A stretch of 55,349 bases of DNA from a virus (lineage: Duplodnaviria > Caudoviricetes), in IMG/VR virus record IMGVR_UViG_3300034025_000046, positions 1 through 55,349 of that record; one strand, 5' to 3'. Numbering within the stretch: position 1 is the stretch's first letter; each line of letters starts with the position of its first letter. The notes below the pieces were generated by a model. It saw nothing but the letters and a program-made list of their open reading frames with translations. It did not search any database and had not been told where the DNA came from. Made by a program: the position numbers and the translations under genes. Positions 36,875 through 45,379 of this stretch are shown in pieces.

Positions 36875-37060
36875 TCAGTCGAGCCCTGCCAGCTTGCGTA
36901 TCAGGGCGACCGGACGGTCTTTATGCCGCCATGCGTGGACTTCGTCGGCCTGCTCAGCGGTGCAGCCGTAGTCGGCCATGATCTGACGCTGGAGCATCCC
37001 GCCGGGGATCAGGGGCTTGCGGTCGAAGCGCCCGTAGGGCGACGCGGTGAGGCGGTTCAT
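36875..37060 (-). CDS. Hypothetical protein
   Basis: Tightly packed in the pR operon. Confidence 0.55.
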   Translation of the reverse strand: MNRLTASPYGRFDRKPLIPGGMLQRQIMADYGCTAEQADEVHAWRHKDRPVALIRKLAGLD

Positions 37061-37229
37061 GCGAGTTCTCGCACACGTACCGCCGCGCCCGCAGGCGCAA
37101 CCGGCTTCGGGGCATTCGTCGTGACCGGAACCGCCCCGGCATCGGGGCGGCGCTTGCCGGGCACGGTCCCTTGCGGAGACCGGCCCAGCCGCTCACCATC
37201 GGAAGTGCAAGGACCGATGGAGAACTGTT

Positions 37230-37493
37230 GTGGATCGACCGAAGAACTATGGTGGCGACCGGATTTCGTTGAACGAAGCCGAACTCGCACTGCGCCAAGC
37301 GCTGATGGGGGCAAAAACTCAAGAGCTTCCAACACTTCAAGCTCTGTGCGTAGGACTACTCGGCGTTTGCGAAGGACTGCAAAAAATCCGGGACGACAAT
37401 CAGCTAATTGCGAACCGATTGAGCGTAATCGCTCGCGAATTGCAGATCGATCCGACCGAGTACCGCCCTCGAAAGCTGGAGGGCGAACGGTGA
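37230..37493 (+). CDS. Hypothetical helical protein antisense to the pR operon
   Basis: Protein-like amphipathic sequence in a lower-GC segment; TTG start. Confidence 0.45.
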   Translation: MDRPKNYGGDRISLNEAELALRQALMGAKTQELPTLQALCVGLLGVCEGLQKIRDDNQLIANRLSVIARELQIDPTEYRPRKLEGER

Positions 37494-37499
37494 CGCCGC

Positions 37500-37736
37500 T
37501 CATAGCGCCGCCCTTTCAGGTTCGGGGTCGGGGTGGGCGTGGGCCTGCGCTATGTCGTTCCGGTCGAGCCTGATGCCCCGACGAGCGGCGGCCTCAACCG
37601 TTCGATCCCAATACTTTGCGGGAATACGTCCCCGCATCTTCATCACCCGGCCATAGGATGCGTAGCGAAGGCCGATGTCCGCCGCGAAGTGCTCCGCTGA
37701 CGGCCAAAGCGAGATGATGTCGGAACAGGTGGGCAT
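37500..37736 (-). CDS. cro: Cro-like repressor
   Basis: DIISLWPSAEHFAADIG...MKMRGRIPAKYW; divergent from cI. Confidence 0.8.
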   Translation of the reverse strand: MPTCSDIISLWPSAEHFAADIGLRYASYGRVMKMRGRIPAKYWDRTVEAAARRGIRLDRNDIAQAHAHPDPEPERAAL

Positions 37737-37744
37737 GATCCGGC

Positions 37745-37786
37745 ACGCTATATTTGTAGCGTCACCCTGTCAACATGTTTGTAGCG
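37745..37786 (-). promoter_or_regulatory. pR promoter and OR operators
   Basis: TTGACA-N17-TAGCGT (37773 to 37745); operators CGCTATATTTGTAGCG (37746-37761) and CAACATGTTTGTAGCG (37771-37786). Confidence 0.8.
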
Positions 37787-37810
37787 CTGCGTTTCGCTAG
37801 GCGCTAGCGC

Positions 37811-38443
37811 ATGGACGCCGCAGAACGAATCCGAGACGCCATGAGGGGCGTCAGCGTGCCTTCGGCCGCCGAACTGGCGCGGCGGAGCAAGGTGAAGGCC
37901 GTGACGATGCGGGCCTACCTCGCGTCCAGGTTCGATCCGCCGCTTGACGTTTGCGAGCGCATGGGGGCTGTTCTTGGTGTCTCGGGCAAGTGGATCTTTG
38001 ACGGCACGCCGCCGCGATTTAGCCCGGGTCCGGACGCGGCTAGTGAGGTCCGGCTTACGCGAGTACCTTTACTCGACGAGGTGACCGCAGGGCGCCTCAA
38101 AGAACCCAATTCGCAGATTCCGGCGGAGAAGGTGCCTCTTCTCGCGTTTGCTGATCTTGGACCAGGCGAGTGGTTCGCGCTGACGGTGAACGGAACTTCA
38201 ATGGATCGCATATCGCCGGACGGGTCCGTGATCGTCGTAAATAAGCGTGATCGCGCGCTCGTTTCCGGCCTGTGCTACGTCTTCGCCTTGGCGGGAGAGA
38301 CGACGTACAAGCGCTGGCAGGGCGGGGACCCCCCCTACCTCGAACCTTACTCCACGGACGCCATCCACAAACCGATCTTCGTCAAGAGGCGGCGCGATTT
38401 TGAGGTGATCGGCCGTGTTAAGAGAACGGTGCTTGACCTCTGA
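37811..38443 (+). CDS. cI: CI-like repressor (HTH + S24 autopeptidase)
   Basis: N-terminal HTH; VTAG cleavage site, GTSM catalytic Ser, TYKR catalytic Lys, VIGRV. Confidence 0.92.
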   Translation: MDAAERIRDAMRGVSVPSAAELARRSKVKAVTMRAYLASRFDPPLDVCERMGAVLGVSGKWIFDGTPPRFSPGPDAASEVRLTRVPLLDEVTAGRLKEPNSQIPAEKVPLLAFADLGPGEWFALTVNGTSMDRISPDGSVIVVNKRDRALVSGLCYVFALAGETTYKRWQGGDPPYLEPYSTDAIHKPIFVKRRRDFEVIGRVKRTVLDL

Positions 38444-38835
38444 CCGAGCAAGAGTGGCATCGTTTTGTATTCCTCGGTCAGCCGCAGACCGTTAGCGTGT
38501 GCCGTCTGCCCGAGCCTCTCAGGCTAGCAATTGGGTCCAGCTCGGACTTGGTCCGAATGAGGCACGACTACGCCCTAAAGTCGGCCCTCAAACACCGACT
38601 GCTTGCGGCTCACTTCCCGATGACGGCCTTCGCCATAGCGAGGGGACGCGTGCTTGCCGACCGGCCCCGACATTTAACAATCCTCTATGAGGACCGGGCC
38701 ATCTTCGGGACCTGGTTCCACCTGACGATCAAAGCCAGCTCGGACGGCTCAGAAGTTTGGGTCGTGTCGTTCCGAAAGACAAACTCGGTGGAGGCCCAGC
38801 GCCGCTACCGGAGAGACCCAATCGTCCGGTCCTAA
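38440..38835 (+). CDS. Putative BECR-fold (RelE/barnase/colicin-like) RNase toxin
   Basis: Frame is open from a CTG overlapping the cI stop (CTGA); KH motif, then beta-meander FHLTIKASSDGSEVWVVSFRK typical of phage BECR RNases; family assignment is inference. Confidence 0.55.
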   Translation: MTEQEWHRFVFLGQPQTVSVCRLPEPLRLAIGSSSDLVRMRHDYALKSALKHRLLAAHFPMTAFAIARGRVLADRPRHLTILYEDRAIFGTWFHLTIKASSDGSEVWVVSFRKTNSVEAQRRYRRDPIVRS

Positions 38836-38864
38836 CGAAAACGGACGGCTTTCGCCGCCCGTCT

Positions 38865-38998
38865 CGTGCGTGGTGGGCACTCCCAAACGAAACCCACATA
38901 ACGCTCAGCGCCGGATCGAAGGAGCCACCCGCAAGCGAACAAGCGGCATCTCTTATGGATCGGTCTGGCCACGGCCGGGAGATTCACCGTGTCACACG
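38865..38998 (+). ncRNA. Candidate structured ncRNA with kissing-loop pseudoknot
   Basis: Stems GTGGG/CCCAC (loop has CTCCC) and CACGG/CCGTG (loop has GGGAG) flank a long central hairpin (38907-38967); the 5' and 3' ends can pair imperfectly. Confidence 0.55.
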
Positions 38999-39098
38999 CC
39001 CGGACAATATGGGCGTCGAGCGCGCGCGTGGCAAATCACGTTTTTTTCCTGGTTGCGGATCGGTGGGCTGCGGCAGGGCGTCGCATGTAGCAGGGTAG

Positions 39099-39140
39099 CG
39101 CTACAAATATATTGACTGGGTAGCGCTACATATATAGCGT
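39099..39140 (+). promoter_or_regulatory. pL promoter and OL operators
   Basis: TTGACT-N17-TAGCGT (39112-39140); operators CGCTACAAATATATTG (39099-39114) and CGCTACATATATAGCG (39124-39139) match OR. Confidence 0.8.
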
Positions 39141-39166
39141 TCGGTCATCCCAACGGGACGACGCAC

Positions 39167-39991
39167 ATGCAGACCGACGCCGCAACTCCCACCACAGCCG
39201 AGCCGATCTGGCTCACCGACGCCAACGGCAACAGATGTTCCATCGCGTATTTCGGAACGCGTGAGAGAGCACAGGAGGCGCTCGATAGTCTGATCGATTG
39301 TCGGGACTGCTCGGACTGCTCGGACTGCTCGGACTGCTCGCGCTGCTCGCGCTGCTCGCGCTGCTCGCGCTGCTCGCGCTGCTCGCGCTGCTCGCACTGC
39401 TCGCGCTGCTCGCGCTGCTCGGACTGCTCGGACTGCTCGGACTGCTCGGACTGCTCGGACTGCTCGAACTGCTCGGACTGCTCGCGCTGCTCGCGCTGCT
39501 CGGACTGCTCGGACTGCTCGGACTGCTCGGGCTGCTCGGGCTGCTCGGGCTGCTCGGACTGCTCGGACTGCTCGCGCTGCTCGCGCTGCTCGGACTGCTC
39601 GGGCTGCTCGGACTGCTCGAATATCGCTTTTCTGAGCGGGCGCGAGAACCTGAGGGGTGATCCGAGCGCGCCCCTTGCGGCGGGGTCTCCGGTCATCCCC
39701 ACCATCGAGAATATCCACGCGAAGGTGTTGGCCGCAGCGTCCGAGCCCTGCGCGCTGGATATGGCCACTTGGCACACCTGCGGCACGACGCATTGCCGGG
39801 CCGGATGGGTCGTTCATCTCGCTGGCGAGCCTGGTTATGCGCTAGAGCGCTTTCACGGCACTGGATTGGCCGCTCAGCTTATCTACCGCGAGAGCAACCC
39901 GGCCATGCCGGTGAGCCCGGTCCGGTTCTACGAGACCAACGAGCAGGCCCTCGCTGACATGCGAGTTATGGCTGAGAGGGAGGCGCTCTGA
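39167..39991 (+). CDS. Cys-rich tripeptide-repeat protein with C-terminal WHTCGTTHCRAGW domain
   Basis: 36 Cys-X-X units; first gene after pL; stop overlaps the next ATG. Confidence 0.8.
   Translation: MQTDAATPTTAEPIWLTDANGNRCSIAYFGTRERAQEALDSLIDCRDCSDCSDCSDCSRCSRCSRCSRCSRCSRCSHCSRCSRCSDCSDCSDCSDCSDCSNCSDCSRCSRCSDCSDCSDCSGCSGCSGCSDCSDCSRCSRCSDCSGCSDCSNIAFLSGRENLRGDPSAPLAAGSPVIPTIENIHAKVLAAASEPCALDMATWHTCGTTHCRAGWVVHLAGEPGYALERFHGTGLAAQLIYRESNPAMPVSPVRFYETNEQALADMRVMAEREAL
39299..39622 (+). repeat. 9-bp tandem repeat, 36 copies (TGCTCG-GAC/CGC/GGC)
   Basis: Read directly from the sequence. Confidence 0.95.
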
Positions 39992-40383
39992 TGCCCTCCA
40001 CCGCCTTCCCCCTCGACCGTAGCGCAGCCCAGCCGGACCGGCTTTCGGCTCTCGCGGCGCTCATTGGCGCCGCCCAAGCTGTCGTCTCGTCGGGCACCGG
40101 CTTTCATCCCAGTCCAGAAGATGTCGAGCATCGCTTGGCGACCCTGCGGTCCTACGTGGTAGCCGCCGATCGGCTGCTTGGGGATGCTATCGACGAGATC
40201 GAGTCGGCGCTTTCCTGCCGTGCGTTCAATGCCGATCATCACCGCGATGCGCTGACGGACGCGTTTGACGGCAACGTCGCGCCGCCGATCCAAATCGAAG
40301 CGGACCGCATTCGCCAGCGGCGTGACGATCGTGAGCGCCGCTACGACGCGATCTACAACGCCGACGTGATGGGTGCGGCATGA
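39991..40383 (+). CDS. Hypothetical protein
   Basis: Translationally coupled in the pL operon. Confidence 0.65.
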   Translation: MPSTAFPLDRSAAQPDRLSALAALIGAAQAVVSSGTGFHPSPEDVEHRLATLRSYVVAADRLLGDAIDEIESALSCRAFNADHHRDALTDAFDGNVAPPIQIEADRIRQRRDDRERRYDAIYNADVMGAA

Positions 40384-40526
40384 GCGCCGCCCAAGAACGC
40401 CAGCACGTCCGCCAATGGGCAAACCGCCAGCATCACGCCGCGAATGTGCGGACGCTCTGGACGATCATCTTCGGGATCGGGGTCCTGTCCGGGCTCGCCC
40501 TCTATTTCCAGCAGGTGACGCAATGA
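40380..40526 (+). CDS. Small single-TM protein (48 aa)
   Basis: ATGA overlaps at both ends; LWTIIFGIGVLSGLALYF. Confidence 0.55.
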   Translation: MSAAQERQHVRQWANRQHHAANVRTLWTIIFGIGVLSGLALYFQQVTQ

Positions 40527-40903
40527 ACAGTGATGGCCTTGCCACTCGCGCTTGCGAGATTGCCCGCCAGGGCACGACGGAGCGTCTCAGGCGCCAAATC
40601 ATCGCTGGCACGGTGGACGCCGTCGTTGGGGCGTATCGTGACGGTGCTGACCGTGTCGCCGCTGAGCGCATCCGGGGCTGTGACGAGCTTGCTCGTGCCG
40701 AGATCCGTCACGCGGAACGCGCGGTCGGAGACGTTGCGGGAGACATCAGCTCGATCGGCTTCGCGATCCGCCAATCCGGCCGGGTCGATCCCAACATTCG
40801 CGAGGACGTGCAGGACCTGATTGCTCGGATTGAGGGCTTGGTAGAGGCGGCTCGGGACGTGATCCGCGAGCCGGTCCCAGTCGCTCTCTTGGCTGCGGAG
40901 TAG
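40523..40903 (+). CDS. Hypothetical protein
   Basis: RBS AGGTG; ends LLAAE like other genes here. Confidence 0.6.
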   Translation: MNSDGLATRACEIARQGTTERLRRQIIAGTVDAVVGAYRDGADRVAAERIRGCDELARAEIRHAERAVGDVAGDISSIGFAIRQSGRVDPNIREDVQDLIARIEGLVEAARDVIREPVPVALLAAE

Positions 40904-40907
40904 GCCG

Positions 40908-41657
40908 ATGTCTGCCGTGATCGCCACCATCGGCCATAACAATCCGCCAGAGCCGACCCCGTTCGAGCAATCCCGCGAGGAGATCGACGGGTTGTTTTTG
41001 GAGGCGTCAAACTGGCTCGACGGAGAGGGCGTCAACTCGCAAGAGGACGCCGACGCAGTGTCCAAGATCCTCGACATGATCCGCCAAGCCGTAAGGCGGG
41101 CGGACGAGCGCCGGATCGCGGAGAACAAGCCCTTCGACGACGGCAAGGCCGAGGTTCAGGCGCGCTACAACGCCCTGATCCAGGACAACAAGAGCGGTAA
41201 GGGTCGCGCGATCCTAGCGGCGGAGACGTGCAAAGCGGCTCTCGCACCGTACCTTATGAAGGTCGAAGCGGAGAAGCGGGCCAAGGCGGAGGTCGCTCGC
41301 AAGGAAGCCGACGCGAAGGCCGCAACCGCTCTGGAGGCCATGCGAGCCAGTCGAGCAACGGACTTAGCCGAGCGTGAACGCGCCGAAGGTCTTCTCCGCG
41401 AAGCAAGGGCGGCCGAAGTAGCCGCCACGCGAGCCGAGAACGACAAGGCCAGCGCCAAAGGCGGGGCCCGCGCTGTCACCCTACGCACGCGCTATCGAGC
41501 CGAGGTTACGGATGGGCGGGAATACGCTCGGTTCGTCTGGTCAGAGCAGCATGGCGAGTTGCTGACGTTTCTGGAGGCGCTCGCACAAAGGCAAGTCGAT
41601 GCCGGTCGTCGCACGCTGCCAGGCGTCACGGTCCACGAAGAGAGGCAGCCGGTCTGA
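40908..41657 (+). CDS. Coiled-coil recombination-associated protein (Gam/gp157-like)
   Basis: IGHNNPP start, long coiled coil, LPGVTVHEE end; upstream of the SSAP. Confidence 0.65.
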   Translation: MSAVIATIGHNNPPEPTPFEQSREEIDGLFLEASNWLDGEGVNSQEDADAVSKILDMIRQAVRRADERRIAENKPFDDGKAEVQARYNALIQDNKSGKGRAILAAETCKAALAPYLMKVEAEKRAKAEVARKEADAKAATALEAMRASRATDLAERERAEGLLREARAAEVAATRAENDKASAKGGARAVTLRTRYRAEVTDGREYARFVWSEQHGELLTFLEALAQRQVDAGRRTLPGVTVHEERQPV

Positions 41658-42379
41658 TGGATAACCTCGATCTCTGGAATGCCGTCGAGCGCACGGACCC
41701 GTCCCACACCAAGGCGATCACCGGCAAAGCGTATCAAGGCACCTCTCCGAAGCCTCATTACCTGGTCCGCAAGGCAACCGAGACGTTCGGACCTTGCGGT
41801 ATCGGATGGGGTTTCGAGATCGCCGACGAAAAGTTGCTGGACGGAGCGTTGCTTGATCCTGGCTTCTTCGAACGCATCCACATGGCCCGCGTCAGGGTCT
41901 GGTACGAATGGGACGGCAAGCGCGGAACCATTGAGCACGTTGGTCAGACCGTATTCTGCGGCAAGAGGAAGGACGGCAAGCCGTTCACCGATGAGGATGC
42001 CCCCAAGAAGTCCGTGACCGACGCGCTCGTGAAGGCGCTCTCGATGATCGGCTTTGCCGGCGACATCTTCATGGGCCGGTTTGACGACAGCAAATACGTC
42101 AACGACGTGCGGCGCGAAATTGCGGACCAATCGCGCGCTGGGGATGATCGCCAGCGGCCTCAGTTGGTCGCTTCGCGGGCGGATCCTCTGCCGACCGAAA
42201 GTGGCGCGGCCGATCACCTGATCGAACTCATCTCGCATGCCCGCAGTGAGGTCGAGCTTTCCAGGCTCACGAATGCCCCGGCGAACATCGATCTCTACGA
42301 GACGATGGATGCAGTCGACCAGGATCGGATCAGCGCGGCCCTCACCCGGCAGCGCGGCACGTTCAGGAGGGTCGGATGA
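41657..42379 (+). CDS. Single-strand annealing protein (Rad52/Sak-like)
   Basis: TETFGPCGIGWG...DEDAPKKSVTDALVKALSMIGFAGDIFMG. Confidence 0.8.
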   Translation: MDNLDLWNAVERTDPSHTKAITGKAYQGTSPKPHYLVRKATETFGPCGIGWGFEIADEKLLDGALLDPGFFERIHMARVRVWYEWDGKRGTIEHVGQTVFCGKRKDGKPFTDEDAPKKSVTDALVKALSMIGFAGDIFMGRFDDSKYVNDVRREIADQSRAGDDRQRPQLVASRADPLPTESGAADHLIELISHARSEVELSRLTNAPANIDLYETMDAVDQDRISAALTRQRGTFRRVG

Positions 42380-42777
42380 GCCGAGCACTCGTCACCCTCA
42401 ATAACCCCAGCGATCGCGCAAAGGTCGTTCGTTGGGCGCAGAATTGCCGGCCAGGGACGCGCGTAGAGTTCAAGGCGACGAAGCGCACGATCCCTCAGAA
42501 CGACAAGATGTGGGCGATGCTCACCGATGTTTCCTGCCAGAAAGAGCACAACGGTCGCCGCTACACGCCTGACCAATGGAAGGTGCTGTTCATGCACGCC
42601 TGCGGGCGTGAGGTGCTGTTCATCCCTGCTTTGGACGGCTCCACATTCCTGCCGTGGGGGCAATCGTCGTCCGATCTGTCGAAGCAGGAGATGGCCGACC
42701 TCATCGAGTGCATCTTCGCCTGGGGCGCGGAGCATGGCGTCGTGTGGTCCGATCCGGCTGAGCGGAGGGCCGCATGA
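42376..42777 (+). CDS. ninB: NinB/Orf family recombination protein
   Basis: KRTIPQNDKMWAMLTDVS...WK..F...SSSDLSKQEMADLIECIFAWGAEHGVVW. Confidence 0.88.
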   Translation: MSRALVTLNNPSDRAKVVRWAQNCRPGTRVEFKATKRTIPQNDKMWAMLTDVSCQKEHNGRRYTPDQWKVLFMHACGREVLFIPALDGSTFLPWGQSSSDLSKQEMADLIECIFAWGAEHGVVWSDPAERRAA

Positions 42778-43223
42778 CTGGCCGCAGCATCCCCGAGTGG
42801 GTCGGCAAGACCCCCGACAGCAAGGTCCCGGACCGTGTGCGCCTGCGCATCTTTCTAGCCTGCGGTGGCAGATGCCATCTGTCCGGCCGCGAGATCAGGC
42901 CGGGCGATACGTGGGACCTCGATCACGTCGTCGCTTTGACCAACGGCGGAGAGCACCGCGAGAAGAACCTGCGGCCCGCCCTCCGCGACAAGCACCGCGA
43001 GAAGACCGCTGCGGACGTGGCGGAACGAGCCCGCGTCGATGAGCGACGCGCCTCGCATGTGGGAAGCCGTAATCCGCCACCCCGTCCATTGAAGGGTAAG
43101 CCATTCGCACCGGCCGCGAGCGCCATCACGCGCGAACAGCGTCGTGCGTTCCAGGCTGAGCAAGAAGCACTTCGTCGAAAGCTCGTGCGGTCCAGCCTCT
43201 ACGTCTCCGGAGAAACCCCGTGA
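42774..43223 (+). CDS. HNH endonuclease family protein
   Basis: DLDHVVALTNGGEHREKNLRPALRDKHREKT. Confidence 0.8.
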   Translation: MTGRSIPEWVGKTPDSKVPDRVRLRIFLACGGRCHLSGREIRPGDTWDLDHVVALTNGGEHREKNLRPALRDKHREKTAADVAERARVDERRASHVGSRNPPPRPLKGKPFAPAASAITREQRRAFQAEQEALRRKLVRSSLYVSGETP

Positions 43224-43711
43224 CCCGCCCCGCCAGCACCAGCGGCAGCGCCGCGCATACGGACGCCGCCATGACCGCTGAGACGTGGACCGCGCCAGAG
43301 GTCCGGGCTAGGCAGTGGATCGTCTCCGACGACGTCGGGACATCCTCCAAGGCGATATGGGCGCGCATGATGGGCGTCGGGGCGCGTCATGGATGCGACA
43401 GTTATCCGCATGACCCTGCGGACCTCGGTAGATGCCTTCGGCTTCTCGGCCTCATCCCAGAGTGGAAGCCCCGCATCGGCGAAATGGCGCAAAGTTCAAT
43501 CCATTGGGCCCGGCTGTGCTCTCGCTGGACTGACCTTGAAATCTGCATGGACCGCGAGGTCGGGATCGACTGGTCGAAGGGCAGAAGAGCACCTGTAACT
43601 TACGACTTCATGAGGGCGATCCTGGATGGACGACAGCCGCCTCTGCCGTCCGAAGAAGACATGGCCGCAGCCTGCCGGGCCATGGCCGCTCAATCCGAGG
43701 GAGCGCGGTGA
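43220..43711 (+). CDS. Hypothetical protein
   Basis: W...DDVGTSSKAI...PHDPADLGRCLRLL. Confidence 0.7.
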   Translation: MTRPASTSGSAAHTDAAMTAETWTAPEVRARQWIVSDDVGTSSKAIWARMMGVGARHGCDSYPHDPADLGRCLRLLGLIPEWKPRIGEMAQSSIHWARLCSRWTDLEICMDREVGIDWSKGRRAPVTYDFMRAILDGRQPPLPSEEDMAAACRAMAAQSEGAR

Positions 43712-44250
43712 TGGGCGGCAATCATCGGTTCGTCGAATACACCACCAGCGGGGCGTTTTCTCTCAATCTCACGCGCAATCAGGTCCACAGCCTCGGTATG
43801 TGCGATGGCGGCTCGTTCCGCATCACCGGGACCGTCGAGAACACGCTTGAGCGCAAGGGTCTCATTGAGACGATAGCCGCTCCTGACAAATGGCAGGCGG
43901 ACCGATTTGAGTTCCGGCCGACGTTCGCGGGGCTGTTGACCCTCGGGCTACTTCGCGAGGCCGGGCTGACGAATGGTCCGGCGGACGCTGTGGCGGACGA
44001 GTTCAACGCCATGCGGGCCGAGTTGAAAAGGCTGCGGGAGGAGAATGCAGACCTCCTCGTGAAGAACCGATCCGCATTGGCGCGGAAGCAACGTGCAGAG
44101 CACGCCTTTCAGACGGCGAACTCATTCCGTCGAGGGCGGAAGCCGCGCGTGAGCTTAGCTCTCCGCGATCCAATCCCGGAAGCTTCGGACTCCGATCTAC
44201 TCAGAACGCGCCGTCAGTTTGAGGGAGGCCTCCCATGCCGGCTGACATGA
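43708..44250 (+). CDS. Hypothetical protein (wHTH-like + coiled coil)
   Basis: LERKGLIE...T..GL; operon coupling. Confidence 0.6.
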   Translation: MMGGNHRFVEYTTSGAFSLNLTRNQVHSLGMCDGGSFRITGTVENTLERKGLIETIAAPDKWQADRFEFRPTFAGLLTLGLLREAGLTNGPADAVADEFNAMRAELKRLREENADLLVKNRSALARKQRAEHAFQTANSFRRGRKPRVSLALRDPIPEASDSDLLRTRRQFEGGLPCRLT

Positions 44251-44585
44251 CGGGACCGACCGTGCGGGCGGAAGCCCCTGTCGTGACCGAGGACGGGCCG
44301 GTGCGGGCGCTGACGGAGGCGCAGAGGCGCGAGCGATCCATCATCAAAGCGATGTCCGACACCGACGCGGATTACGCCTATCTGGCGTTCGACCAGATCA
44401 GCCGACGAACCGGCATTGAGCGACGGCAGGTCCGTCTAGACGTCCGTCGCATGGCTCGGAAGGGGCTGGCGGTATTTGCGAGCGGGCTCTCCAACGACGA
44501 TGGCGAGTTCCGGGGCGCTGGATACGCACTGACCCCCGCTGGCCGCAAAGCCCTCTCGGAGAGCCGGACGGGAGGCGGGCTGTGA
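44247..44585 (+). CDS. Winged-helix protein
   Basis: ISRRTGIERRQVRLDVRRMARKGLA...GYALTPAGR. Confidence 0.65.
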   Translation: MTGPTVRAEAPVVTEDGPVRALTEAQRRERSIIKAMSDTDADYAYLAFDQISRRTGIERRQVRLDVRRMARKGLAVFASGLSNDDGEFRGAGYALTPAGRKALSESRTGGGL

Positions 44586-45346
44586 GCGGACTCGTCCTCT
44601 CGCTCTTCCCCGGCATCGGGCTTCTCGACATAGCGTTCGAGGAAGCCGGGTTCTGCATCGTGCGCGGGCCGGACCTTCTGTGGGGCGGCGATGTGCGGCG
44701 GTTCAACCCGCCGGCCGGCCGGTTCGACGGCGTGATCGGCGGGCCGCCGTGTCAGCCATTCTCGCGCCTCGTACACATGATCCGAGCCAACGGTTATGAG
44801 CCTCGGCACGAGAACCTGATCCCGGAGTATGAGCGGATCGTCGGCGATGCCGGTCCATCTTGGTTCGTGATGGAGGAGGTTCCCGCCGCCCCGATCCCGG
44901 TAATCTCCGGCTATCAGACGCACTCGCAGATTGTGAACGCCCGCCACGTCGGCAGCACGCAAAACCGGGAGCGCCGTATCACTTTCGGGACGACGGACGG
45001 TCGCCGGCTCAGCCTCCAGACCGAGGTCTTCGAGCCTTTCGAGTACGATTTCGCGGTCACTGGAGATGCTCGCCGCCGGCCCGTCGCGATGCTGGCGGGC
45101 GGCAAGCCGAAGGGCAATGAGAGCGGCGGTAGAACGTCCTCCCTAAACCGAGGCGGCGGCTCGCTCCCGTTTTCCCGAATGTGCGAGCTCCAGGGCTTGC
45201 CGCCAGACTTTCTGTCCGATGCGCCCTTCACGGAGTCGGGGAAGAAGCAGGCTGTCGGCAACGGCGTCCCGCTGGCGATGGGCCGCGCGGTCGCTGCGGC
45301 CGTCCTGCGCGCGATCCGCCCGGCCTTGCTGGACGCCGCCGAATGA
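44582..45346 (+). CDS. Orphan C5-cytosine DNA methyltransferase
   Basis: Motif I LFPGIG, IV GGPPCQPFS, VI MEEV (ENV variant), VIII QNRER, IX ELQGLP, X GNGVP. Confidence 0.88.
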   Translation: MSGLVLSLFPGIGLLDIAFEEAGFCIVRGPDLLWGGDVRRFNPPAGRFDGVIGGPPCQPFSRLVHMIRANGYEPRHENLIPEYERIVGDAGPSWFVMEEVPAAPIPVISGYQTHSQIVNARHVGSTQNRERRITFGTTDGRRLSLQTEVFEPFEYDFAVTGDARRRPVAMLAGGKPKGNESGGRTSSLNRGGGSLPFSRMCELQGLPPDFLSDAPFTESGKKQAVGNGVPLAMGRAVAAAVLRAIRPALLDAAE

Positions 45347-45379
45347 GCACCCTCTCCCCCACCCCGAAGGACCCCTCCG

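Noticed and set aside
39299-39622. Tandem repeat as a CRISPR array, or its alternative frames (poly-LLG/LLA, EQS/EQR, VRA/ARA ORFs)
   Set aside because: The 9-bp units have no spacers and there are no cas genes; only the Cys frame has non-repetitive flanks, follows pL and couples to the next gene
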